From Mobula hypostoma (lineage: Eukaryota), in the NCBI RefSeq assembly GCF_963921235.1, contig NC_086097.1, forward strand, positions 146,880,001-146,944,000: DNA of 64,000 nucleotides, written 5' to 3'. A program made the position numbers and the translations under genes. Below, piece by piece: positions 52,650-64,000 of this stretch. The notes beneath the pieces were generated by a model. That model worked only from the letters and a program-made list of their open reading frames with translations. It was not told the origin of the DNA and did not search any database. Position 1 is the stretch's first letter. Every line of letters starts with the position of its first letter.

Positions 52650-54610
52650 CAAAGTGAATCACTTCACACATTTCCAAATTGAAATCCAGCTGCCACCTCT
52701 CAACCAAGCTCTGCATCCTATCAATATCCATTGTAACATATGACAACCTTTCACACCATCCACAGCACGACCACGCCTCGTGTCAGATGCAAACCTACTA
52801 ACCCACCCTTCCAGTTTTTCAACCAAATAATTTCTAAAGACCATAAGAACAGGGGTCCCAAAACAGATCTGTCCTCTGGTCACTGACCTCTAGGCAGAGT
52901 ATGCTCCATCTAGTACCACCTTGTGTGGGAAAACCAATTCTGAATCTTCATAGGCAAGTTTTCCCAGATGCCTTGCCTTCTGATTTTTGGAATGAGCCTA
53001 CCATGGGATCCTGTCAATGTCTCTTGTAGCATACAACATTTTACCCTATCCACTACACCACCAAACTTCATGTCAGCTGAAAACTTACTAAAGAACCCTT
53101 TCGCTTTTTCATCTAAGTCATTTACAAAAAAATCACAAAGAGAAAGGGCCTTACTAAAATCAATATATACCATATCCACTAATCTACCTTCAATTTGTTT
53201 TGTCACTACCTCAAAGTATTTATTCAGGCTCATGAAGTATGACTTACCTATGCTAACTACTTAAATCAGACTATGCTTCTCAAAATTCTTGTACATTCTT
53301 TCTAAGAATCTTCTCCAACAGTTTTCCTACCACTGACATAAGACTCACTGATCTATAATTCCCATGATGATGCCTTTTACCTTTCTTGAACAAAGAAATA
53401 ACATTTGCCTCACTCTGGTACTACTCCTGTGGCCAGTGAAGACACAAAGGTTATTGGCAAAGGCACAACAATCACTTCCCTCACTTCCCATAGTAACCTG
53501 GGGTATATCCCATCTGGCCCCAGGGACTTTTCTACCCTAACGTTTTCAAATTTACGAGTATATCTTTTTTAATGTTGACATGTTCCAGCATACCAGACCT
53601 TTTTCTTAAACATTCATCAACCTCCCTCTTGCTGGTGAATACTGAAATCTACACTCTAGTCATCCTCCTGTTATTTACATATGTGTAGAACGCCTTTGGG
53701 CTTTCCTTCTAGCTCAACTAATTCCATTCTTAACCCCCTTCCTCACTACTTTGTACTCTCTAAAGCAGGGGTTCCCGACCTTTTTTATGCCATCGACCAA
53801 TACTTTTAAGCAAGGGGTATGTTGACCCCAGGTCAGTCTGATCCTTGCTTCCTAAATCTTAAGTATGCTTTTTACTTCCTCTTGACTGGATGTCTCAAAT
53901 CTCTTGTCAACCATGATTCCATCTCCCTACTACCCTTTTCCTGCCTCAATGGAACAAACCTATCCAGACCCTCATGCAAGTGCTCCCTAAACAACCTCCA
54001 CATTAGTGTTATGCATTTCCCTGTGTACATCTGTTCACAATTTACACTCCCAAATTCCTGCCTAATAGCATCATAAATTGCCCTCTTACAATTTAATGTT
54101 TTCCTATACTATGTCTCTCCAAGGCTGGGTCATTGAGTTGTGGTCAATGTCACTGAAATACTTACCCACTGAGGTCTGCCCCCTGACCGAATTCATTGCC
54201 TAGGCTTTTCCTCTCGTCAGTTTGTCTAAATATTGTGTCATGAATCCTTTGTGGACACACCTAACAAATTCTGCTCCATCTAAATCTTTTGCACTAAGGA
54301 AGTGCCGATCACTATTAGGGAAGTTGAAGTCACCCATGATAACTTGGGTGACCCAATCCTGTTATTTTTGCACCTTTCTGGAATCTTCCTCCTTATCTGC
54401 TCCTCATCATCTCTGTTGCTCTTGGGTCTCTATAATACACACTGCAGAGTGATTGCTCTCTTCCTGTTTCTGACTTACATCCACATTGACTCAGTAGACG
54501 ATCCCTCCACAACAGCCTCCCTTTCTGCAGTAGTGATACTATCCCTGAGTAGCAATGCCACTGCCCAACTTTTTTTACCACACTTTCTGTTCCTTTTAAA
54601 ACATCTAAAC
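52650..54610 (-). mobile_element. Degenerate CR1 LINE (endonuclease to RT) with an internal duplication and a short hAT-like MITE at about 53766-53833
   Basis: VDMVYIDFSKAL, GWVSRFASDTR and FSKFSADMKFGG motifs. The caggggttcccgacctttt start is typical of hAT MITEs. Confidence 0.75.
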
Positions 54611-54852
54611 CCTTTCTTTTCCTCTTTTCCCAGTCTTCTTCCTTTTTCTCCCTATAAAGGAGTAATCCTTTCCCTTTTTGCCCAGTCTCCCCCTGGTGGT
54701 TTTCCTAGATCTCTCCTGTGCAAAACACCCTTTTTCCCTTCTCTTTTCAAGGTCAGATCAACAACAGTGAAATGAATGACTCATTATTTTGTTCTTAGTC
54801 CAGTTGTTTAAGGGCAGAGTGTTGAAAAGGAAGTTACACCTTCTACTATATA

Positions 54853-55474
54853 CAGTGGATTGGGCCATTGGTTAATCAAGGCAGCTGTTTATTTGGGGCA
54901 GGAAACTATTGCCAAACAGGTTCTAGCTAGCATCAATCGCACACACTTGTTTGGTCATTGAACACTATACCCACGTTCAGAGCAAACAGTTTTAAAATGA
55001 CATGTATTGCGTGTTTCTATTCAAAAAGCAGTGAATTTTATCACTGATAGTTGGCGGTAAAGAATTTGAAGGTAATGACAACAATATTGAATGTTATAAT
55101 AAAAATGAAGATTTGGAGGAAGCAATCTTCGAAAGCATTGGATGAAGGCAGTCCACTACCTGTACTAGGTGCTTGTGCAGATTTTGTTCACTTACAGTCA
55201 AACAAAAGAACACAGCAGTGTACACTGGATGAATTCCTCCCTTGATAAGTATTAGGAACTAATACACAGATTTATAGCATTGTAGCAGTATTGGTAGCAT
55301 TCTAAGTTGTTCTATATTTTATCTAAATTCAGAATTTATTACTTAGTTAAAGAATAGTTTGCCTTTTTATAACTTTTTAACTATTTCCATGAAACAGCTG
55401 CTAATTGGGGAATCCTCTTAATTCGGTCAAAATGTAAAGGTCCCGGTGTGTCCCAGTTTAACCGGAATCCACTG
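54853..55474. mobile_element. Tigger/pogo-like MITE
   Basis: TA|cagtggatt ... aatccactg|TA termini with TA flanks. Confidence 0.7.
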
Positions 55475-55689
55475 TATTTGTTTGCATCTAGCTCAGCAGG
55501 TGGGTAAAGTACAACTTTGTATCCCATTTTAAAACAAAAAGCACTGTAACAGTAACATATTGCAGAGATTTGTCTGGAGTTAACCTTGAATACTAGGACC
55601 AGAGGCATGGAGCCTTACACCGTGGAGACAGGCTCTGCAGTTCATTGAGTAGGTGCCGACCACACCTTCTCTAAGTCCAGCACATTCTC

Positions 55690-55815
55690 CCCAATCCCCA
55701 TCAACTTCCTCCGCATTTCACCATTCACCCACAAACCAGGGGCAATTTACAGTGACCAGTCAACCTATCAATGCATAGATATTTTTGGAATGTGGGAGGA
55801 AACTGGAGAACCAAG
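55690..55815 (-). mobile_element. V-SINE-like fragment (related copy at about 41705-41895 on +)
   Basis: ggggcaatttacagtgacc...tttttggaatgtgggaggaaactggag resembles the conserved V-SINE core as recalled. Confidence 0.6.
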
Positions 55816-57861
55816 TTGTGTGTCATTGTCCTGTTCCTTGATGCTATAATTCTACTGACAACTCAGAAATAAGTTTACACTAATTAAACCTGTAGAGATA
55901 AGAATGACAAAGCAGCACATAAAAATTGAAATGCTGCAGGCTAATACATGGCAAAATTGCCTACTCTGATACAATACACGATGAAATCTAATGGAACATG
56001 ACAACACAACCAAGAACAATGTTAGCGGGCAAAATAATAATCTGATGATCAATCTATCTTGACAGTACTTGTCTAGTAAAGTATCAATGGAACTCATTAC
56101 AACTATATCAACATCAAGTTACAATATGATAGTACTGATGAAAGGACTGCATTCCTTTTAACTTCAACATAAGCATCTTAGAAGTAGAACCATTACATAG
56201 TTGGTTCTGAGAGCAAAATATGCTGAGATTCTAGCAGGGAATCAGAACAGCTGATGATATATCTTATCAGTATCATAAGAGCATGAAAAATTCATTAGTA
56301 TGGCAAAGAAAAGAAAAGAAATTTATCTGTATAAATTGGCATTTCATTATGGAGAAGAAACAATGTGCAGGATAAATGCATACTACTTGTATTGGGAAAT
56401 GGTTGAACGCAGTATGTCACCAAGTTTTGGCAAATTGTTTATTAGTGAACAATTTTATGATCATTATAACTTACACCCTCAGTACCTAGAATCATCTTGG
56501 TCACTTGTTTCTTAAGGAGAGTTTTAACATTTTTCCTACAATTCTTGATTGAATTTGCATTATTTCGATGAATGCTGAAAGATACCACAAAGAGCATCAT
56601 TTTCTGCCATGAGAAACTGCCACTAAACCTTATCTTCTGCTGTTAAGATTTTCTAGTATCTAGTCGCCTGTAATTACATACTTTGCTCAGGTATTGCCAC
56701 CTTGAAATGAATTCACGAACTCTGATTCTTTTGAAGTCCATAAAACCAAATTTTTGCCTCTCATAGATGAAGTAAAATATGCCAATCATTCAAAAACTAT
56801 CAGTAGTATCTCAATCAACCATGTCCAAAAGCAAAATCTCGTGATAAATAGTAATGCTTTCTCGGCTGACATCCCACTAAGACTAAACTGAAGTGGGCAT
56901 GGAAATTGTTTCAGTAAAACAAAGAAACAAAGATCTTATAATGCCACTGCTAGAAAGTTGGCAGCAATATGAGTATGACATGCTATTTCAACTTAATTCA
57001 TGGAATGTCTAGTTTGTTTGAATAATATCTATTTTAGTTAAGTGTAGGTTTATTCTACTTCTGTGAGTCTAAGATAACATATTTGGGAAGATGAGGGCTG
57101 AGGTGGTAATGGTCAAATGAACAAAAGTAACAGCGGGTTCTGAAAGTGGTTGCTGTTGGGGGAGGGGAGTGCAAGGGTGCTGGTGGGTTTGGAGACCAAG
57201 GCCTACCAGCATCTTTAAGGGGAAATTAGAGTGCAAATGGTCAAGAGGTTTGGGGTGTTAGGATACGTGAAATGGGTGAGGGGGAGGGTGATGTTAAAAT
57301 GGGAGAAGATAGCACAGAGGTGTGATGTTAGTGAGAGACTTATCTGTGCCTTTGCTACAGGAATAGTTCTCCTGGGACAAGCTGATTGTGGGCGAACTAC
57401 TTTAATCAAGTTCCTCTACTGTGTAGGAACAGTATCACAAAGTAATATGAAATAAAAAACAGGAAGAGTTCTTATCACAATTTAATTTGAAATAGGAAAT
57501 TGAGTCTCAATTGCACAAACACTGAAAAATAAAACAATGCAATTGCATTTCTAAGAAACGTCTCTCAAAGTTTGCAGTAGCTAAGATTCCTATATTAATT
57601 CTAAATCCAATAAAGTAACTAAATGAGATGAGTTACAACAATAAGTCTTCAAATTGACTATTGGCATTTCTAGAATGGCAGAGTGTGAATTAAATGGGCT
57701 TAAATGAGTCTAGTTGATGAATTATCAGCGTTCATGTGAATGCTGTTTTGACGGGATCTCAGAAACTAAACTTTCTCGTGAGGGGTTACACATGGAGATC
57801 TGCTGGTACCCTTCTTTGAGCTGTCCAGAAGGTTGAGTCCTCTATCTAGAAGGAATTAGAC

Positions 57862-58832
57862 TGGGGTGGCCAACCTTTTACATTCCATGCGTCAATTTTT
57901 TTCACACACAAGTTCAGATGTGCCATACAACTCTTGTACCCCCATTGAATTCTTGTAAAAATATGTTAATATGGACATATTTAGCATTTTACATGATATA
58001 TCAATTTAATATAAAAACAAGATAAACATTACTTATCTTAATTTAACAAACATATTTTGTTTTCTTTTGATTTCTTCCTTTTTCTTAATCACATATTCTT
58101 TCCGTAACTCAGACCCAAGCACTAGTCTATTAAGATCATGACTTCTATTATGTGAGGAAGTGTTTTCACAAACAATGCACAACCGACCTGCTATAAATAA
58201 GAATTCATTTTCCTACTGTTCATTGGATGGATTCACGCTTACTATCACTTTCTGCTTTTCTTTTGCTCATTTTCTTTTGCACTGTGATGAGCAACTGAAT
58301 GCAAAAACAAGGCTTAATTTTCGAAAAAGTACACACTGCAAACGTCAACAAAGGACGAACAAAGCACAACTCCGTAGCTCACGAGTGTCAATTGTAAACT
58401 GACTGGCAAAAACCTGTGACACACCGCTGGTACAGACGCCTGGCGCCTCAGGATCAAACAAGTATCAAATGTGTATTGAACAGTTATGGAACGACTGCAG
58501 AACAAAAGTCCTTCTTTCCTAGCTTGACTCATTGAACATTTTTTAAAATTGAAAAACAGATTAATGTGAAAGAAGATAACATTCACCAAAAGATGTGCAC
58601 AAAATAATAAAATCGCTAAAAATAATTGCTAAGTTTTAGATTTATTCTCAGTAAAACCCATTCCTAGCTCTAAGCTACTTGAATTCCTGTTACAGATTTT
58701 AATCAGTTTTTGGCTAATACTTTTTGCATGAGTAGGCTTAGTTTTTTACTATTATCACTTGGGTGCAATGCTCCACTTCTCATCAATCAATGTGCCACTT
58801 TTGGAGCATGCCCCATAGGTTGGCCACCCCTG
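57862..58832. mobile_element. hAT-superfamily non-autonomous element
   Basis: TIRs ggggtggccaacct / aggttggccacccc. 8-bp direct repeat aattagac at 57854-57861 and 58833-58840. Confidence 0.85.
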
Positions 58833-59430
58833 AATTAGACGGTCAGATGACCAAGAATAGAAGGTCACCTTCAGGGAATCTACAACTAACATTCTCAGTA
58901 TTATTTATTTATTTAGTTATTAGTTTGTATTTGCACAGTTTATCTTCTTTTGCACATTGGTTGTTTGTCAGTCTTTAATTTTGTGTAGTTTTTCATTAAT
59001 TCTATTGTATTTCTCATTCCTACTGTGAATGCCTGCAAGAATCTCAAGGTAGTATATACTGATATACTGTATATGTACTTTGATTATACGTTTACTTTGA
59101 CTTTGAGGTGGATCATGGTGAAGGGTCACAATGATAGCTTGGGAGAGGAGGCTGCAATGACTAAAATTAAGAGGATGACATTTCTCTGCAGCATGGAGTG
59201 CATGAGATGTTGGATCTAACAGTCCTTAATCTCAAGCCTCTGGCACTGAGTGGGAAAGGGAAGTAATGGAGAATTAATGGAGAATTGAGAACCAAGGTTC
59301 TCACCTAGGCCACAATTGTTGGTTCATGGCCTTGAAATGATGTGGGATTTGTCCTTCAAATATACGAAATTGATCCCTGTGGAAGATACTGCTACAATTC
59401 ATAATTTTAAAAATTGCACACAAGACTAAC

Positions 59431-59516
59431 TTGTTCCATCAAGATGGGTTCACAGTGGGAGTAATTGATTCTAGACGCCCAAGTTCCATTTACAGTGCAT
59501 TCTCTGTACACGTTTC
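59431..59516 (-). CDS. CRHR2: CRH receptor exon (86 nt), C-terminal part of the extracellular hormone-binding domain: (R)NVYRECTVNGTWASRINYSHCEPILMEQ
   Basis: Minus strand: polypyrimidine tract ttttgctttctcttgcag|GAAAC...GAACAA|gttagt. The peptide matches the class B YREC..NGTW...NYS.C motif of CRH receptors. Confidence 0.93.
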
Positions 59517-60089
59517 CTGCAAGAGAAAGCAAAACAAAAAAAATTGGTCAGGTCTTAAACGTGAAATTTATGTGTTAATAAATTTACTACAAGACACACA
59601 ATGTTCATTATAATGGTCAAGTCATAGATGCATGGGAAATTAAAATATAGGAGGAGTCTTTTCTACCATTATGTCTATGACAAACAATAATGTGCTACAT
59701 AGCCTAATCTCACCTTACAATACCGTGTCTGCAGCCGCACTTGTCCTGGCTGTTCAAGTGCAAATCCAAATATGTTTTAATTGTAATGCAGGTGATCAAG
59801 CAGCAAGTTCCAGACAACTGCCACATCTGGGTGAAAAAATACCCTCACTTCACCTTTAAACATGCTGTTAATTACCTAAAATCTATGTATCCTGGTCTCT
59901 CTAACAGAAATACAGTGCCTTTCTTCTTTGCTTGTTCTAGGCCCTTCTTCAATATTTTCTTCAGCTGCCTGTGTTCTGAAAAACAACCCTAAATCCCCTA
60001 AACTTTCTACATAACTAACGTTGTTGCAGACATAGCAATAACCATAAATTTCTCCTACAACCACTTCAGTACAAATACAACCTTCCTGT

Positions 60090-63000
60090 AGTGTGTCCCA
60101 GTGCATCTTGCACTTTGAGCTACTGCATTTCCGTACTCTATGGATGGAGCCAAGATTACCTTTGTCATCTCTCTATCGACTGGGTGAGCTCCAACATGGA
60201 CTGCCACTAACTGGGACAGTGAAATCACCGTCTGCAATAATTATGAGGAATTCACAACTGAGATGTGCCAGGTTTTTAACCATCTGGCAAGTGGAAGGAG
60301 GAAAGTGGATTGGATATTTCAGCTGTGTCAAGGTTCATGCTTGGTGTTGGATTACGCCATGGAATTCAGGACCCTTGCAGTGGAGCATGGCTGGAATGCT
60401 GAAGTAATAGTAGCCCATTACTAAGACAGCCTCTTAGAATGTTTAAAAGCCTAGCTGTCTACGTGGGAGATGCCCAGAGGCCTCAAAAGCCTCACGACTC
60501 TGGTCCAACAAATTGACAAATGTCTTAGTGATTGACTCTCCCGATCATCAGCCAGAACCACAGTTCCATTCTCAGAACCACTTCAAGCTACAGAACCCTT
60601 GTCACCAATGCCATCAGAATCCATACAGGTAGGAAGGCCTCTCTTAACCACCACTTACCTCCAGAGCGACTGCCAGTGGAGAAACAACTTGTATGCTTAC
60701 TGCGTCTGGGAAAATGGCACCACCTGTTAGAGGAGAGGGCCTTCTGTCTGGTAAGTTTGCGCCCCCCCCCCCCCCACCGATCCTCTCAATCCAACAACAT
60801 AGCCCAATTCATCTCTCGGTACTCCTCCACACCTGGACAGCTCTGCACACACAGCAGATTCTGGTAGATTCCAGCACGGCAGGCAATTTTCTGGTCTAGA
60901 CTTTGTGTCTCCCTACCAAGCCTATCTCTCAGCCCCTCTGCATCATGGCCATTGATGGTCACCCCTTGAGGTCTGAGATGGTCAGAGCGCACACATGGCC
61001 GGTGTACATGAGCATTGGAGAGCAACAGGAGTCCATCCAATTCCTCCTTATCGACTCACCCAACACTCCCCTCATCTTGGGTTACCCCCGGCTACACTCA
61101 TGCCTGGTCATTGGGTTCACTGCCGAAATGGGGACCAACCTGCGAGACCACCTGCCTGCAATCGCAACTGACTTCACCCCGTAAATGTGTGGGGATGGAG
61201 GAAACTCTTGACCTCACCAAACTCCCACAGGAATACCACAATTTGGTCATTGCCTTCAGTAAAATGAAGGGCAGTACCCTGGCACCTCACAGACCACACG
61301 ACTGCGTGATTCACCTTCCCCTTGGCACCACCCCTCACTAAGGTCATCAGTTCTCCCCGTCACTGCCTGAGACCCAAGCCATGAATGACTGCATCGCTGA
61401 GACGCTACAGCACAGCTTCATTCACCCATCCCAGTCTCCAGTTCTTTGTCAAAAAGACAGATGAGGGTCTTCATCCCTGCTTTGACTACCGTGGACTCAA
61501 CAAAATCACTATTAAGAACTAAAACCTCTCTACTTGTTGGATAGCACACTCAAAACACTTCGTGGGATCCAGATCTTCACCAAACTAGATCTATGGAGCA
61601 TGTACAACCTGATCCGCATCCACCAGGGAGATAGCATACACTGGCCACTACAAATACTTGGTGATGCCTTTCGAACTTTCCAACATTCCAGCCATTTTCC
61701 AAACCTTCATCAACATGATCCTCTGAGCCATGCTACACAGGTTATCTACCTCAACAACGGCCTCATCTTCTCCAAGGACCCTCAAGACCATGTCTGCCAT
61801 GTCCGTTCAGTCCTTCATCACCTCCTCGAAATCCAACTGTACTGCAAGTTAGAGAAATGCTGGTTCCACACCACAGCCATCTCCTTCCTGAGTTATGCCC
61901 TTTTGCCCCAAGGCATAACAGTGGACGCAGACAAAGAGCACAGCATAGTCCAATGGCCCCGACCACATTCTTTCAGACAGTTCCAGCCCTTCTTGGGCTT
62001 CTCCAACTTCTACAACAATTTCATCAGGAACAACAGCCAAATCACTACTGTTCTCACCTCCCTCACCAAATTATCTGCCTCATGGATAATCTGGTTTTCT
62101 GCCACGAGCTCAAGAGATACTTCATGACTGCTCTCATTCTCCATTATCTGAACCCCTCCAGACCTCTTCTGGTAGAGATGTGCACCGGGGCCATCCTCTT
62201 CCTGTGAGGACCAGACGGGAAGACACACCCTTGTGCCCTCTTCCCAGCAAGTTCAACTCTACATAGCACCTTTATAGAAGAGGAGACAGGGAGCTACTCA
62301 CCATTAAATGAGCCTTAAAGGAGTGGAGACATTGGCTGATGGGAAACATCAAGCCCTTCCTGATCTGGACTGACCACCAGCACCTCACATCTAATCAACA
62401 GATGCACCAACTGAACTTATATCAGGCTTACTGGGCCTTCTTCTTCAAGAAATTCAACTTCTTCATCTCCTCCTGACCTGGCTCCAAGAATACTAAGTTG
62501 GACACCTTATCACAGAGATCAACCCTCAGCCCATCATGTCATCCTCACAGATCCTCACCCTGATCATCTGGGATCTTAAGAACCAATCCGCAAGGCTCTA
62601 CAGCACAAACATTCTCCAGCCAGCACACCTGACAACTGCATGTATGTGCTGGAGGCCACGTGCTCTTGAGGCACTCCTGTGGGCCCACTCCTTACCCTCT
62701 CTGGTACCATCCAGGTGCACAATGGACTCTTGATGTTATGTGACACCAGTCGCGGTGCTGCCTGCCTTCAATATGCCGAGCCCAAGTCCTCCAATCAGCA
62801 GCCTTCTGGGATCCTGTTGCCCCCAACCAGTTCCATGATGCCTGTAGTCCCACATTGCTGTGGGTTTGCCACCTTTCCATTGAGGTTACAGTGACTGTGA
62901 CAGTGGTGGACCACTTCTCCAAGGCAGCCCACTTCATTAACCTCCCCAAACATCTATCAGCCACTGAATCAATGGACCTGGTTCTCTAACATATAATCCA

Positions 63001-63600
63001 CCTCCACGGTTTCCCTCAGGATATTGTTTTCGACTGAGACCCACAATTCTTCTCCTGCTTCTGGTGAGCCTTCTGCTTCCTCCTCTGTCCCTCAGTGAAT
63101 TTGTCCTCTGGCTGCCATCACCCAACCAATGGTCAATCAGAAAGAGCCAATCAGCAAGAGGAGAAGTTTTTGCGATGTTTCGCTGCTTCTAAACCTTCAA
63201 CACGGAAGAAGTATCTGCTCTGGGCTGAACTGTCCCATAATCTATATACCTCCTCTGCCACAGGTACGTCACCCTTTGAAGTGCTCTATGCCCCTGTTGC
63301 TCTCCATGGAGGAGTCAACGATGGAAGTCCTGTCTGCTGGGACCCTGGTTCCCCAATGCCTGAAAACTTGAAAGAAGACATGGAGCTACCAATTGCATCT
63401 ACTGTGGCCAGGTTAACTGCTGTTGGTCTCCAGCCAAAGTAGTCCCACCTGAGGACTATGTCTGGCTGTCCACCCAAGATCTGCCACTGCAAATCAATTT
63501 CTATAACCTCTCGCTCTGTTTAATTGGTTCCTTAGACTACCCATCACAAAAACCCAGTCATTAACCATCTCCATCTGCCACTGTCCCTCAGGATCACACC
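60090..63600 (+). mobile_element. Decayed Ty3/Gypsy (sushi-like) internal region: gag, PR, RT, RNase H, IN
   Basis: gag QGSCLVLDYAMEFRTLAVEHGWN (about 60330-60400); protease ILVDSSTAGNFL; RT IFTKLDLWSMYNLIRI and LYCKLEKC..FLGFSNFY; integrase SSGCHHPTNGQSERANQ. Many stops and frameshifts; no LTR pair identified. Confidence 0.88.
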
Positions 63601-63609
63601 TACCAAGGA

Positions 63610-64000
63610 GGTGTGATATGCTTCATGGTCATATTGCTTGGTGCAACCCCTGGAACGTACATGCCCTCAAATCCTATTGTTCCCCGGATCTGGAGTACCT
63701 TGTGCTGCTGTGTAGACCTTTCTGGCTGCTTAGGGAGTTCACGGCTGTTATTATCACAGCTGTGTATATTCTGCCGCAGGCTGATACTGACCTGGCTCTC
63801 AAGGAACCATACGAGACCATCAGCACCCTGGAGACTGTATACCCAGAGGCTGCCTTGATCATCACTGGAGATTTTATAGAGTGTTGTTGTCTAAAGTCTC
63901 TCCGAAGTTTTGTCAACACATCCAGGTGAGCACATAGGAGATTGTATAGTCGATCACTGTTACTCTCCCTTCCGCAACGCTTACAAAGCACTTCTACGTC
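63610..64000 (+). mobile_element. Rex1/Babar-type LINE apurinic endonuclease fragment, running off the window end
   Basis: CSPDLEYLVLLCRPFWLLREFTAVIITAVYILPQA...IITGDF. Confidence 0.82.

Noticed and set aside
59517..64000. Expected upstream ectodomain exon (D.IGTCWP...PCP)
   Set aside because: Not found; the region is mostly Gypsy and Rex1 sequence, so the exon is presumed to lie beyond the window end.
1..64000. CRISPR arrays, operons or prokaryotic defence systems
   Set aside because: The sequence is eukaryotic intron and repeat DNA with no repeat-spacer arrays; all RT and nuclease ORFs belong to retroelements.

Overview
Repeat-rich vertebrate genomic DNA. The CR1, Penelope, Rex1 and V-SINE-like repertoire suggests a cartilaginous fish (inference). 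The whole window lies inside one minus-strand gene that the ORF track misses: a corticotropin-releasing hormone receptor of CRHR2 type (class B1 GPCR). Seven GT-AG exons (86, 107, 118, 154, 61, 73 and 86 nt, from 59516 down to 8708) splice in frame to ...[228 protein letters not shown]... The 5' and 3' exons were not found and probably lie outside the window. The introns, one of them 30.4 kb, are filled with often nested mobile DNA: CR1 LINEs, Rex1/Babar and RTE-like fragments, SINEs, Tc1, pogo and hAT MITEs, a solo LTR and a decayed Gypsy element. They also hold a near-intact 3.4-kb Penelope-like element (RT plus GIY-YIG, 12-bp TSD) ending in a minimal type I hammerhead ribozyme, and a fold-back derivative of the same ribozyme-bearing end. 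Repeat boundaries are approximate unless TSDs or TIRs are given. Family names come from recognised motifs, not database searches.
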